A stretch of DNA of 64,000 nucleotides from Candidatus Methylomirabilota bacterium (GCA_046726415.1 JBKPAK010000008.1:64766-128765); one strand, 5' to 3'. Counted from the first letter of the stretch, positions 1-10,019 are shown. Translations and numbers: made by a program. Notes: a model not told the origin generated them from the letters alone.

Positions 1-447
1 GCGGAGCGGGTAAATCTCGTGAATGCGCGCCTGGTGGCCGCGGAGCGGGGCATCCACGTCAGCGTGTCCAAGGAAGAGGAAACGTCCGGCTACAAAAGCC
101 TCCTCACCGTGGCCATCGAGGCGCGTGGGGGGCGCAAGGTGCTGGCGGGCACCGTCTTCGATGGCCAGCCGCGCATCGTCCGCATGCGCGACCTCAAGAT
201 CGAGTTCACGCCCGAGGGCTACATCCTGGTCCTTTCCTACGAGGACCGGCCGGGCGTGGTGGGTGCGATCGGAACGCTGCTGGGCCGGCGGAACATCAAC
301 ATCGCGGCCATGCATGTGGGACGCCGGGTCCGGCGGGGACGGGCCATCGTCGTTCTCATCCTCGACGAGGACCTGAGCCAGGAGCTGCTCGACGAGGTGA
401 CCGCTACCATCGGTGCGGACTTCGCCCGCCTGATCCGATTGCCGTGA
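1..447 (+). CDS. serA: D-3-phosphoglycerate dehydrogenase, C-terminal ASB+ACT domains (5' truncated by window edge)
   Basis: Frame open from position 1; VNLVNARLVAAERGI...GTVFDGQPRIV...DRPGVVGAIGTLLGRRNINIAAMHVGR is typical of the type I PGDH C-terminus. Confidence 0.85.
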   Translation, partial: AERVNLVNARLVAAERGIHVSVSKEEETSGYKSLLTVAIEARGGRKVLAGTVFDGQPRIVRMRDLKIEFTPEGYILVLSYEDRPGVVGAIGTLLGRRNINIAAMHVGRRVRRGRAIVVLILDEDLSQELLDEVTATIGADFARLIRLP

Positions 448-549
448 AACATGGGAGGCCTCGACATCCCCGCAAGCCCCGGGGGCCTCGGTCCCCGCCG
501 GGGCCGGCGCGCGACAACCGTCAGACGCCGACGCGATTCCCCACGACCG

Positions 550-1620
550 TCACGCTCGGGCGCCGAGTCGATTCTCGACGAAGCGCTTGGCGTCGAACTC
601 TTCGGCGACGCGGTTGTCCTTCTCCAGCAGGGCCTCGGCATCGACCTCCGCGAAGTCCAGCACCCCCATGTCGGCATAGGCCTTGCGCACGCGAGAGCCC
701 CACAGCCCGATGTCCTTCACGGTGGGGACGATTCGGGTGAAGAGCCGCGTCCGGAACTGGCGCATCTGGTCAGACTGGAGCGTGACCCGGACGCATTCCT
801 CGACGGGCAGGCCGAGGTTGTCCCACACCTCGCGCTGGTTGAAGCGGTCGCGCATATGATGGCAGGCGTCGACGACGAATTCCTCGCGCTCGTCGCGCTC
901 GGCTTCGGTGAGCCGGGGGTAGTAGTCGCGCAGGGCCAGCCGGCCGAAGGCCACGTGGCGCGCCTCATCCTGCATCACGTAGGCGTTGACGGCCGCGGCC
1001 AGCGGGTTCTTGGCCGTGTCCCGAATGCGCTGGAAGGCGGCCAGGGCCAGCCCCTCGATGAGAATCTGCATGCCGAGGTAGGTCATGTCCCAGCGCCGGT
1101 CGGTGAGGGTGTTTTCCAGCAGCGCCTTGAGGCCGGGCGTGATCGGGTAGACGATCTCGAACTTCTGGTGGAGCAAGCGCGCGTAGGCTTCAACGTGCCG
1201 GGCCTCGTCCATCACCTGGGTGGCGGCGTAGAACTTCGACTCGGTGTCCGGCACGGTCTGGACGATCTTTGCCGTCGCGATGAGGGCGCCCTGCTCGCCG
1301 TGCATGAACTGGGAGATGGACTGGGCCTGTAGATGGTGGCGGACGCAGCCCCTTTCCTTGTCGGTGAGCCGGTTCCAGATATCCGAGCCGTGGATCTGCA
1401 CGGTCCGGTCGTCCAGCCCCATCGGGTTCTCGGGGTCCAGAGCGACCGACCAGTCGATGCGCTCGGCCGCGTCCCACTGTTGCTTCTTTCCCTTGTCGTA
1501 CAGGCTCAGCAGCTTGTCACGGCCGTCCTCGTATTCCCAGGAGAAGCGGGTGTCGGTCGTGCCCTCCACCGTCCACCCTGTCTGCTCGACGGGAACCGTA
1601 TAGCGAAATCTCGTGGCCAT
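550..1620 (-). CDS. Ferritin-like diiron oxygenase (AurF-like family)
   Basis: Two DEARH (ExxH) motifs plus HGEQGAL and IEGLAL helices; 356 aa. Confidence 0.75.
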   Translation of the reverse strand: MATRFRYTVPVEQTGWTVEGTTDTRFSWEYEDGRDKLLSLYDKGKKQQWDAAERIDWSVALDPENPMGLDDRTVQIHGSDIWNRLTDKERGCVRHHLQAQSISQFMHGEQGALIATAKIVQTVPDTESKFYAATQVMDEARHVEAYARLLHQKFEIVYPITPGLKALLENTLTDRRWDMTYLGMQILIEGLALAAFQRIRDTAKNPLAAAVNAYVMQDEARHVAFGRLALRDYYPRLTEAERDEREEFVVDACHHMRDRFNQREVWDNLGLPVEECVRVTLQSDQMRQFRTRLFTRIVPTVKDIGLWGSRVRKAYADMGVLDFAEVDAEALLEKDNRVAEEFDAKRFVENRLGARA

Positions 1621-1753
1621 CCAACACCTCCCGGGCCCACCGTACCAGAACTGGGGGTCCCATCGTCGAACTTCCCCCGGAGTGGTGGCCGTTGGGCGGC
1701 CGTCAGAGCTTCTCGCCGTCAGGCCTGGCCACGCCGGCTATACTGAGCTGACC

Positions 1754-3100
1754 GTGAGCTACAACGCATGGTTCCAGTGCATCAACGGCTGCCCGGGCCA
1801 GTACAGCCTCCTGGAGGTCATCTATCGCTGCCCCACCTGCGGGGACCTGCTGGAGGTTCAGCACGATACCGACGCCCTGCGGAGCCGCTCGGCCGCCGCG
1901 TGGATGCAGCTCTTCGATGACCGCTACCGCCGCAACACCTATCCCTACGGCTCCGGCGTGTGGGGCAAGAAGGAGTGGGTGGTGCCCTTCATCGACAACG
2001 AGAGCATCGTGTCGATGTACGAGGGCAACTCGAATCTGCTCTGGGCCGACCGATACGGCAAGCAGCTCCACGTCGAGGACCTGTGGGTCAAACAGTGCGG
2101 CAACTCACACACCGGCTCGTTCAAGGATCTCGGCATGACCGTGCTGGTGTCGATCGTCAAGCAGATGAAGGGGGACGGCGTCCCCATCGACGCGGTGGCC
2201 TGCGCGTCGACCGGCGACACCTCGGCCGCGCTCGGGGCGTACTGCGCGGCGGCGGCGATCCCGGCGGTGGTGCTGCTGCCGCGAAACAAGATCTCGATCG
2301 CCCAGCTCGTCCAGCCGCTGGCCAACGGCGCCCTGGTACTCTCGCTCGACACCGACTTCGATGGATGCATGGCGGTGGTGCAGAAGATCACCCGGGACCG
2401 TCGCATCTACCTGGCCAACTCCATGAACAGCCTGCGCATCGAGGGTCAGAAGACGGTGGCCATCGAGATCGTGCAGCAGTTCGACTGGGAAGTGCCCGAT
2501 TGGATCGTCATCCCTGGGGGCAATCTCGGCAACGTGCACGCCCTCGGCCAGGGGTTCACCATGATGCGCGAGCTCGGGCTCATCCAGCGCCTCCCGCGCA
2601 TCTGTCTGGCTCAAGCCGAGCGGGCCAACCCGCTCTACCGCTCCTATCTCGAGGAGTTCAAGCGCTTCGAACCCATCGAGGCCCAGTCCACCCTGGCCAC
2701 GGCGGTTCAGATCGGCAATCCGGTGTCAGTCAAGCGCGCCATCCGCACGCTGCAGCGCTTCAACGGCGTGGTGGAGCAGGCGACGGAGCAGGAGCTGGCC
2801 GACGAGGCGGCCCGCGCCGACCGCACGGGGATGTTCAACTGCCCGCACACTGGGGTGGCGCTGGCCGCCCTGCGCAAACTCGTCGAACGCAAGATCGTCC
2901 GTTCGCACGAGCGGGTGGTGGTGATCTCGACCGCGAACGGGCTCAAGTTCGCCGATCAGAAGGCGGCCTATCACATGGGTGCCCTCGAGGGAATCCGGCC
3001 GTCACAGCGCAACACGCCAGTGGAACTGCCCCCCGATCCGACGCAGGTAACCCGGGCCATCGCCCGCCACGTCGAGAAGGCGCGCCTGCTCGTGTCATGA
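1754..3100 (+). CDS. thrC: Threonine synthase, plant-like type (PLP)
   Basis: [14 protein letters not shown]-lysine motif, [19 protein letters not shown] start chosen at 1754. Confidence 0.9.
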   Translation: MSYNAWFQCINGCPGQYSLLEVIYRCPTCGDLLEVQHDTDALRSRSAAAWMQLFDDRYRRNTYPYGSGVWGKKEWVVPFIDNESIVSMYEGNSNLLWADRYGKQLHVEDLWVKQCGNSHTGSFKDLGMTVLVSIVKQMKGDGVPIDAVACASTGDTSAALGAYCAAAAIPAVVLLPRNKISIAQLVQPLANGALVLSLDTDFDGCMAVVQKITRDRRIYLANSMNSLRIEGQKTVAIEIVQQFDWEVPDWIVIPGGNLGNVHALGQGFTMMRELGLIQRLPRICLAQAERANPLYRSYLEEFKRFEPIEAQSTLATAVQIGNPVSVKRAIRTLQRFNGVVEQATEQELADEAARADRTGMFNCPHTGVALAALRKLVERKIVRSHERVVVISTANGLKFADQKAAYHMGALEGIRPSQRNTPVELPPDPTQVTRAIARHVEKARLLVS

Positions 3101-4323
3101 CGTCCCGGCGATCGAGCCCAGGCGACCCGGTGACCCCCCCGCACAAGCCGCAGGGGCCGAGCACCATGGCCGTTCACGCAGGCGAGCCGCGGCCCAAGGC
3201 CGGTCACTCGCTGGCCACACCCATCATGCAGACGGCCACCTTTACGTTCGCGAATTCTCAGGAAATCCGGGATCACTTCGACGGGAAGATCGACCGCGTC
3301 GAGTACGGGCGCTACGGCAATCCCACCCAGCGCATCGCCGAGGCCAAGCTCGCGGCCCTGGAGGGGGCGGAGGACTGCCTGCTTTTCTCGAGCGGCATGG
3401 CCGCGGTGACGACGGCCCTCTTCGCCATGCTCTCGCGGGGCACGCACGTGGTGGTCACCGACGACAGCTATCGCCGCACGCGCCAGTTCCTCAACCAGAC
3501 GCTGCACCGCTACGGCATCGAGGTCTCGACCGTGCCCCCCGGGGACTACGAGGCGCTCGAGGACGCCATTCGCCCGACCACTCGGGTGCTGGTGAGCGAG
3601 TCGCCGACCAACCCGTACAACCGCATCGTCGACCTCGAGCGCTTCGCCGCCGTCGGCCGGCGCCACCGGGTGAAGACCCTCATCGATGCGACCTTCGCGA
3701 CGCCGTACAACCAGCGGCCCCTCGAGTGGGGGGTGGACGTGGTCATCCATTCGGCCACCAAGTACCTCGGGGGACACAACGATCTTCTCGCTGGCGCGGC
3801 GCTCGGCTCCCGCGACGTCGTGGATGCTCTTCGAGGGCTCCAGGGCGTCACCGGCGCGGTCGTCGATCCGTTCGTGGCCTACCTACTCGTGCGAGGGCTC
3901 AAGACTTTCGCGCTCCGCATTGAGCGGCAGAACGCCAACGCGCAGGCCCTGGCCGAGTTCCTGGCCGGGCACCCGCGGGTGGTCGCGGTCCACTACGCTG
4001 GGCTGCCGAGCCACCCCGAACACGACATCGCCCGCCGGCAAATGCGCGGCTTCGGCGGCGTGGTATCGTTCGAGGTGCGCGGTGACCTCGATGCGGCCTC
4101 GCGCGTGGTCGACGCCTGCGGCATTCCCTACATCGCCGTCTCGCTGGGCGGCGTCGAAAGCCTCATCGAGCAGCCGGCCCTCATGAGCTTCTACGAACTG
4201 ACCACGGAGGAGCGGCTGCAGATCGGCATCAAGGACACGCTCATCCGATATTCGGTCGGCATCGAAGACATCGACGACCTGATCGCGGACCTCGGACAGG
4301 CGCTGGACCGCGCGGACGCCTGA
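3097..4323 (+). CDS. metB: Cystathionine gamma-synthase, plant-like (Cys/Met metabolism PLP enzyme)
   Basis: [38 protein letters not shown] overlap with thrC stop. Confidence 0.85.
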   Translation: MTSRRSSPGDPVTPPHKPQGPSTMAVHAGEPRPKAGHSLATPIMQTATFTFANSQEIRDHFDGKIDRVEYGRYGNPTQRIAEAKLAALEGAEDCLLFSSGMAAVTTALFAMLSRGTHVVVTDDSYRRTRQFLNQTLHRYGIEVSTVPPGDYEALEDAIRPTTRVLVSESPTNPYNRIVDLERFAAVGRRHRVKTLIDATFATPYNQRPLEWGVDVVIHSATKYLGGHNDLLAGAALGSRDVVDALRGLQGVTGAVVDPFVAYLLVRGLKTFALRIERQNANAQALAEFLAGHPRVVAVHYAGLPSHPEHDIARRQMRGFGGVVSFEVRGDLDAASRVVDACGIPYIAVSLGGVESLIEQPALMSFYELTTEERLQIGIKDTLIRYSVGIEDIDDLIADLGQALDRADA

Positions 4324-4355
4324 CGGGGGGCGGTTACGTGAGCGAGCGCGCGCCA

Positions 4356-4964
4356 ATGAACCCACTTCGCGAGGAGACGGTCGCCCCTCGGGCGCACTTC
4401 GCCGCTGAGCTGCGCGCCGGTCAGGTGCTTCGTATTGTCGACATCGAGGGCCAGCAGGTGGCTGACCTCGTCTGCTTCGCCCTGGCCGATCTGGCCGAGC
4501 GGCTCTCGATCGTCAACACGATCAGTCTCAACCGGCAGGTCTATCCGCGCGTGGGCACGGTCCTGTGGTCCGAGCAGGCCCGGCCGATGCTGACCATCAT
4601 CGCCGACACGTGTGGCGTCCACGATTTCCTGGCCGGTGCCTGCAGCCGATTCATGAACGAACGCCGCTACGGCGTGAAGGACACCCGCAACTGCCGCGAT
4701 AACCTGGCCGAGGCCGTCAAGCCGTGGGGCATCGCGGGCAAGGATGTCCCGTTCAATATGAACGTCTTCATGAATTGCCCGATTGGTCCCGATGGGACCT
4801 GGTCCATCCAGGTGCCCCGGAGCAAGGCCGGCGACGCCTTCGACCTCCGCGCCGAGATGGACGTCCTGGTGGCCTTCTCCAACTGCCCTCAGATCTACAA
4901 CGCCTGCAACGCGTTCAGACTCAAGCCGCTGAAGGCACTCATCTACCAGTACAGCCCTTCCTGA
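4356..4964 (+). CDS. DUF1989 / urea carboxylase-associated family protein
   Basis: GQVLRIVDIEGQQVADL, HDFLAGAC, NCRDNL, AFSNCPQ..N.CN; alternative GTG start at 4338. Confidence 0.8.
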   Translation: MNPLREETVAPRAHFAAELRAGQVLRIVDIEGQQVADLVCFALADLAERLSIVNTISLNRQVYPRVGTVLWSEQARPMLTIIADTCGVHDFLAGACSRFMNERRYGVKDTRNCRDNLAEAVKPWGIAGKDVPFNMNVFMNCPIGPDGTWSIQVPRSKAGDAFDLRAEMDVLVAFSNCPQIYNACNAFRLKPLKALIYQYSPS

Positions 4965-5053
4965 GGGGCACGGCCGAGGCGGCCGCCCCACCGGTCACCC
5001 GGGACGGGCAATTTTCTTGGGAGCGGCGCGGGCTTCTTGCTAGGCTGCGAAGC

Positions 5054-5569
5054 ATGAAGACACCTCAGCGCACTGTCGCCGCGTTCGCTCTGCTCCTGTC
5101 CGCCGGGTGTGCGTCCTCGCAGGTGAAGCCGCCGTACACCGCGTTCGAATCCATCCCGGTCCCGAAGGGGCTCGAGTACCGTCCCGATGACTCGACGATC
5201 ATCGAGACGCCGGAAGTGAAGGCTGGCCGGGTGATCTACCGGGGCCGGCTCGAGCCTGAGAGCCTCGCCCTTGGCCTGCGGTCGAATCTCGAGGCGGCCG
5301 GCTGGCGCATGGTGGGGAGCACCACCACCTCGCGCTACGGGACGACGCAAGTCTACGAGAAGGGCGGGACGTCGCTTCACGTGAGGATCTGGGAGGGCGG
5401 TCCCTTCTCCTGGTATACCTACGTGGAGCTGGCGGCCGTCGAGATGTCGCCTGGGCGGCCGGGCTCGAGCCAGGCGCCCGTTTCGAGGGCCGCGCCCGCC
5501 CCGACCGCGGCACCGATGCCCAGTGTGTCGGGGGTGCCGGTCGTGCCTGCCCCCGTCATTACGCGCTAG
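5054..5569 (+). CDS. Hypothetical lipoprotein with Pro/Ala-rich tail
   Basis: MKTPQRTVAAFALLLSAGC lipobox signal; the ORF-track start at 4724 overlaps the upstream gene. Confidence 0.65.
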   Translation: MKTPQRTVAAFALLLSAGCASSQVKPPYTAFESIPVPKGLEYRPDDSTIIETPEVKAGRVIYRGRLEPESLALGLRSNLEAAGWRMVGSTTTSRYGTTQVYEKGGTSLHVRIWEGGPFSWYTYVELAAVEMSPGRPGSSQAPVSRAAPAPTAAPMPSVSGVPVVPAPVITR

Positions 5570-5633
5570 GTCCCGGGGGTCCGACAGGAACGATCAGCCG
5601 ATCTGGGGTGATTCCGGTCGCGTGAGACGGGAA

Positions 5634-7073
5634 TCACAGCCTTGCGTCGAGCCGGCGTTGACGGTGGAGCGCGTCGCGATACCGCGCGTGGCGCGGGGGA
5701 TCGGGCTCGATGGTCGTGCCCAAGGGAAGGTGCGCCGCGCGCAGGTCGGGCAGGCGACCCAGTGACTGAAGCGCCAGCAGCGCGCACCCGCGGCTGGTGG
5801 CCTCTTCCTCAGCGGATAACGCGAGGGGACGCCCGAGCGCATCAGCAATCATCTGCGCCCACGTCCGAGAGCGCAGCGCGCCACCTGAACCGATGATGGC
5901 GTGGCTCGGCCCCACGAGCGGGGCGAGGAGGCCATAGACGAGGGCGAGGCGAAGGGCCACCGCCTCCAGCCCGGCCCGGACGAGTTCGATTGCCGTCGTG
6001 TCCAGCGAGAGCCCGGCAATCGCCGCCCTCCGTTCGCTTCGCCAACCCGGCGACCGCTCTCCGGCCAGGAAGGGAAGGACGGTGAGGCCGTGCGCGTCGG
6101 CCTCTTCGCGCCCCAGAGCCGCCTCCAGCTCGTCATCGCCAGGAAGACGGAGCAGGCTCCGCAGCCACGCGTACACGTTGCCACCCTCAGAGGTGGCCCC
6201 GCCGACGAGGGCACGCATCCGATCGATGCGATAGCTCCAAAGGCCGCGGGGAGGGGCCAGGAAGTCCTCGGCCACGAAGCGCAGGGCTGCCGATGTCCCC
6301 AGGTTGAGCGCGATGCGGGTCCGGTCGATGCAGTCGGATCCAATGGTGCCGGTGGCCCCGTCGCCGATGGCGGGAAACCACATCGCGCGCGCCAGGGCGG
6401 GCCAGCGGCGCGCCCACGGCGATCGGAGACCCCGCCGCCCGGCATCGCGGTCGCGCAGGGCGAAGAGCTGACCCTCGTCGATCCCCGCGGCGGCCAGGGT
6501 CTCGGGGTCCCAGGTGAGCGCACGCTGGTCGAAAAGGCCGGTGGCTGAGGCCATCGAGATGCTGGTGGTTGCCTCTCCGAGAAAGGTCAGCTCCAGGTAT
6601 TCGCCGATGGACCCCCAACGGGTCACGCGGCGAATCGCCACTGGGCGGTCATGGGCCAGCCAGTGGAGCTTGGCGGGCCAGTAGCACGCATGAATGTGGC
6701 AGCCCGTACGCGCGTGGACCGGATCGTCCCCCAAGGCGTCGCGCAGCAGGGCTGCATCGCGAGCGGCCCGACTGTCAGCCCAGGTGAAGATGGGCGTGGC
6801 CGGTCGCCCTGCCGTGTCAAACCCCAGCAGGCCGTGCCAGAAAGACGTCACGCCGACAGCCAGGATCTCCGGTCGGTGGGGGCCAGCCAGCGCTCCATCG
6901 ACACAGGCGATCACGGCGCGAAGCAGGCGGTCGGCATCGTGCTCCACGCCACCGTCCGCCGTCGTGGTGGGGTGGTAGCGCTCCTGATGGGCATGACCCT
7001 CGATAGGCACCCCCCGTTCGCCGTAGATCCGGGCGCGTGCCGAGGAGGTACCGACGTCGAGGGTGAGGATCAC
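5634..7073 (-). CDS. gntK: FGGY-family carbohydrate kinase, gluconokinase-like
   Basis: LDVGTSSAR, TWADSRA, NLGTSAALR, PFLAGERSPGW; GTG start at 7073. Confidence 0.75.
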   Translation of the reverse strand: MILTLDVGTSSARARIYGERGVPIEGHAHQERYHPTTTADGGVEHDADRLLRAVIACVDGALAGPHRPEILAVGVTSFWHGLLGFDTAGRPATPIFTWADSRAARDAALLRDALGDDPVHARTGCHIHACYWPAKLHWLAHDRPVAIRRVTRWGSIGEYLELTFLGEATTSISMASATGLFDQRALTWDPETLAAAGIDEGQLFALRDRDAGRRGLRSPWARRWPALARAMWFPAIGDGATGTIGSDCIDRTRIALNLGTSAALRFVAEDFLAPPRGLWSYRIDRMRALVGGATSEGGNVYAWLRSLLRLPGDDELEAALGREEADAHGLTVLPFLAGERSPGWRSERRAAIAGLSLDTTAIELVRAGLEAVALRLALVYGLLAPLVGPSHAIIGSGGALRSRTWAQMIADALGRPLALSAEEEATSRGCALLALQSLGRLPDLRAAHLPLGTTIEPDPPRHARYRDALHRQRRLDARL

Positions 7074-7185
7074 CGGGCCATCGTCGGGGAAGTTGCGCGT
7101 TAGGGCAAGAGTCGACCCATTCGGGGTGTGAGGTAAGATGGCGGCCAGAGCAGAGGCTCCGCCGGCCGCTGGACAAGGAGAAATC

Positions 7186-7752
7186 ATGGCACGCATCCGA
7201 GTGATGAGCCCCGTCGGAGAGGTCACGCAGGAGCGAATCGCCGTTCCGCCCGTGCCGGAGGACCTGGCGGGCCGGGTCGTCGGCTTCATCGACAACACCA
7301 AGCACAACTTCGACCGGTTGGCCGAGGGGCTAGGGACGCTCCTGCAGCAGCGCTACGGCGTCCGCGCCGTCGTCCATCGGCGCAAAGCCAATGCGTCCAC
7401 GCCAGCCGGGCCCGAGCTGATCGCGGAGCTGTCGAAGGAGTGCGATGTCGTCTTTGCCGGCTCAGGCGACTGAGGGTCGTGCACGTCGTGGAGTCTCCAC
7501 GACGCCATCGAGGTCGCGAGGATGGGTACGCCCGCCGGTCTGATCGCAACCACGGCGTTCCAGGGGCTTGCCGTGAGCGAGCTGACCTCGCTGGGCGTGG
7601 CGGGACTGCCGCTCCTCGTCGTTCAACATCCACTCGGCGGGGAGCGCCCCGAATCTGTCGCTCGCCGAGCACAGCAGGCGCTCGAGCAGCTGGCCAGTCT
7701 CATCGGGGGACGTCGTGAGCATCGCGGCGGGGGGCCCGGCGACGGGCGCTGA
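7186..7752 (+). CDS. UGSC-family selenoprotein (thioredoxin-like UxxC), Sec encoded by TGA at 7471-7473
   Basis: AAGGAG RBS then ATG 7186; ...VVFAGSGD-TGA-GSCTSWSLHDA... continues in frame into track ORF 7522-7752; SECIS-like hairpin immediately downstream. Confidence 0.85.
7484..7504 (+). promoter_or_regulatory. Putative bacterial SECIS element
   Basis: Perfect 9-bp stem CGTCGTGGA/TCCACGACG with GTC loop, starting 10 nt after the in-frame TGA. Confidence 0.75.
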
Positions 7753-8770
7753 GAGCGAGCGGTTCATCGAGGTCGACGACGATCCGCAGGCGCTCCTCGC
7801 CGCCTTCTGCGAGCGTCGCTGGTGCGATGGACTTCCCATCGTGGCACCCACCGAGGCGCGCGTCGCCGCCATGCTGGCCGGCCGCACTCCCGATCGCGCG
7901 CTGGGAGCCGTGCCTCCGCTCTGGAGGCAGGCCACCCTCGAGAAGCTCGCCGTCAACGCGGTCATGGCCGGCTGCGAGCCGGCCTATTTCCCGATCATCG
8001 TGGCCGCCGTCGAGGCGATGCTCGATCCCACGTTCAACCTCTACGGGGTGCAGGCCACGACCCATCCAGTCGCTCCGCTCGTTGTCGTACACGGCGAGTA
8101 CGGGCGCTCAGTCGGTGTTCACGCCGGAAGTGGCTGCCTCGGCCCGGGCTTTCGCGCCAACGCCACCCTCGGTCGCGCCATCCGGCTCATCCTGCTGAAC
8201 ATCGGCGGCGCCTGGCCGGGACGGCACGACATGGCCACGCAGGGCAGCCCGGCCAAGTTTTCCTACTGCGTCGGCGAGAACGTCGAGGCCTCGCCGTGGG
8301 GCCCGCTCCACGTCGATGACGCCGTCACCGTGTTCGGCGGGGAGCCGCCGCACAACGTGAACGACCACGTGTCCACCACCGCGTCCGGCATTCTCACCAC
8401 GGTGGCGGACACCGCGGTGTCCCTGGGGTCGAACGTCGGGTGGTTCATGGCCCAGAGTCAGCTCATGCTGATCCTCGGCCCCGAGCACGCGGCGACCATC
8501 GCCAGCGATGGTCTCTCTCGGCGCGACGTCCAGCAGTTCATCTTCGAGCACGCGCGGCTGCCCCTGCGCGTGCTCAAGCTCAGCGGCATGTGGGGGATGC
8601 ACGATTGGCCGGCGTGGATGCTGGCCACGCGAGACGACGACGCCCTCATGCCGCGGGTGCTGTCCGCCGACGAGGTGTTCGTGGTGGTCGCCGGAGGGCC
8701 GGGCAAGCACTCAGCCGTGGTGCCGAACTGCACCTTCAGCCGCGCGGTCACGCGCCCTATCCACCCCTGA
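7715..8770 (+). CDS. Conserved hypothetical protein, partner of the UGSC protein
   Basis: WCDGLPIVAPT, EKLAVNAVMAGC, GPGFRANATLGRA, GGPGKHS motifs; overlaps the 3' end of the selenoprotein gene. Confidence 0.7.
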   Translation: MSIAAGGPATGAESERFIEVDDDPQALLAAFCERRWCDGLPIVAPTEARVAAMLAGRTPDRALGAVPPLWRQATLEKLAVNAVMAGCEPAYFPIIVAAVEAMLDPTFNLYGVQATTHPVAPLVVVHGEYGRSVGVHAGSGCLGPGFRANATLGRAIRLILLNIGGAWPGRHDMATQGSPAKFSYCVGENVEASPWGPLHVDDAVTVFGGEPPHNVNDHVSTTASGILTTVADTAVSLGSNVGWFMAQSQLMLILGPEHAATIASDGLSRRDVQQFIFEHARLPLRVLKLSGMWGMHDWPAWMLATRDDDALMPRVLSADEVFVVVAGGPGKHSAVVPNCTFSRAVTRPIHP

Positions 8771-8800
8771 CGTCCACTCCATTGACATGGAGGCTCGGCC

Positions 8801-9703
8801 ATGAAGATCGCGTTCTTGGGCACCGGCACCATGGGTCGGCCGATGCTGGCCAATCTCGTGAAGAAGGGTCACGCGGTGCTCGCCCACGATATCGTTCCCG
8901 AGGCGCTCAGCGCCGCGGTGAAGCTCGGAGCCACCGCGGCGGGCTCGGCCGCGGAGGCCACCGTCCAGGCCGAGGTTGTCATCGCCATGCTGCCTTCGTC
9001 TTCGCACGTGGTCACCGCTTTCCTCGGCGACGGCGGCGTGCTCGCGGCGGTGCGCTCCGGTCAGCTCTGCATCGACATGTCGACCATCGATCCCAGCACC
9101 TCACGGATGGTGGCCGAGAAGGTCCGCGAGCGCGGTGCTCGCTTCATCGACGCGCCCGTCTCGGGTGGGGTCCCGCGCGCCGAGGATGGCACGCTGGCCA
9201 TCATGGTGGGCGGCGACGTGAAAGATGTGGAGGGCGCGCGGCCCATCCTCGGCTGCATGGGGGCGAGCATCTTCCACGTCGGCCCGGTGGGCAGCGGTGA
9301 GGTGGCCAAGCTGTGTAACAACCTGATCGCCGGCGTGGCCGCGGTGGCGGTGAGCGAGGCGTTTCGCATCGCGGAGGGCTTCGGTGTCGATGCCAAGATC
9401 CTCACGGACGTCATCGCAAAATCGTCGGGGAACACCTGGGTGATGGAGGCGATGCATCCGGTGCCGGGTCTCGTGGCGAAATCCGCATCGACTCGCGACT
9501 ACGCCCCCGGCTTCATGACCGACCTCATGGCCAAGGATCTCGGCCTCGCCGTCAACGCCGCTCGCGAGCTGCGCGTGCCCGTCATGGTCGCTCCCGCCGC
9601 GCAACAAGCTCTGCGGTTGGCGTCCTCTCACGGCTGGGGTCGGAAGGACTTCACGTCGATCTACCAGTTCCTGAAGCCCTCGAGCGACCAGGCGCCTGTT
9701 TGA
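8801..9703 (+). CDS. mmsB: 3-hydroxyisobutyrate dehydrogenase family
   Basis: GTGTMG Rossmann motif, DAPVSGG, AKLCNN, YAPGFMTDLMAKDLGLA. Confidence 0.8.
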   Translation: MKIAFLGTGTMGRPMLANLVKKGHAVLAHDIVPEALSAAVKLGATAAGSAAEATVQAEVVIAMLPSSSHVVTAFLGDGGVLAAVRSGQLCIDMSTIDPSTSRMVAEKVRERGARFIDAPVSGGVPRAEDGTLAIMVGGDVKDVEGARPILGCMGASIFHVGPVGSGEVAKLCNNLIAGVAAVAVSEAFRIAEGFGVDAKILTDVIAKSSGNTWVMEAMHPVPGLVAKSASTRDYAPGFMTDLMAKDLGLAVNAARELRVPVMVAPAAQQALRLASSHGWGRKDFTSIYQFLKPSSDQAPV

Positions 9704-9705
9704 GA

Positions 9706-9871
9706 TGGGGGGCCTCGAGCGGGCCCCCCAAACCCCCCGGCGCTCGTCGCGCCCCGGCGAAGCCGGGGCGCTCCTCCAAACCCCTGGGCGCCCGGCGCGC
9801 CCCGGCGAAGCCGGGACGCTCCTCGAAGTCAGCGCTCGGCGCGCCCCGGCGAAGCCGGGGCGCTCCTCGAA
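9706..9871. repeat. REP-like palindromic repeat cluster
   Basis: Three copies of GCGCCCCGGC-GAA-GCCGGG(G/A)CGCTCCTC at 9749, 9797 and 9841, preceded by a GGGGGGCC-n7-GGCCCCCC hairpin. Confidence 0.85.
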
Positions 9872-10010
9872 GCGCGCGGCGGTTGGCGGGTGTGACATCG
9901 AGCCTCGAGCTGCCTCGAAACAGCCGGTGAGTTCCCGCGAGCTGATGACGTGTCGCGATCTTCTCCGGCGTGATTTCGTCCGTGGGCGCGCGGGAGGCTT
10001 GAGACCTGCG

Positions 10011-10019
10011 TGCTATACT
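10011..10019 (+). promoter_or_regulatory. Putative extended -10 promoter of the GYD/AOR operon
   Basis: TGCTATACT upstream of AAGGAGG RBS and GTG 10065. Confidence 0.5.

Noticed and set aside
1960-3096. Apparent 787-aa N-terminally extended MetB
   Set aside because: The extension is an alternative frame inside thrC with Arg/Gly/Pro-rich junk composition; the real start is 3097 or later
7471-7473. TGA as a nonsense mutation (pseudogene) or true stop
   Set aside because: It falls at a redox-motif position (UxxC) and is followed by a SECIS-like hairpin, so Sec readthrough is more parsimonious
8768-8770. TGA ending the UGSC partner gene as a second Sec codon
   Set aside because: No redox-motif context or downstream hairpin, and the next gene's RBS follows closely
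9749-9871. Three regularly spaced repeats as a CRISPR array
   Set aside because: Spacers are only about 16-20 nt and GC-rich, repeats are near-perfect palindromes, and no cas genes are present; fits REP elements better
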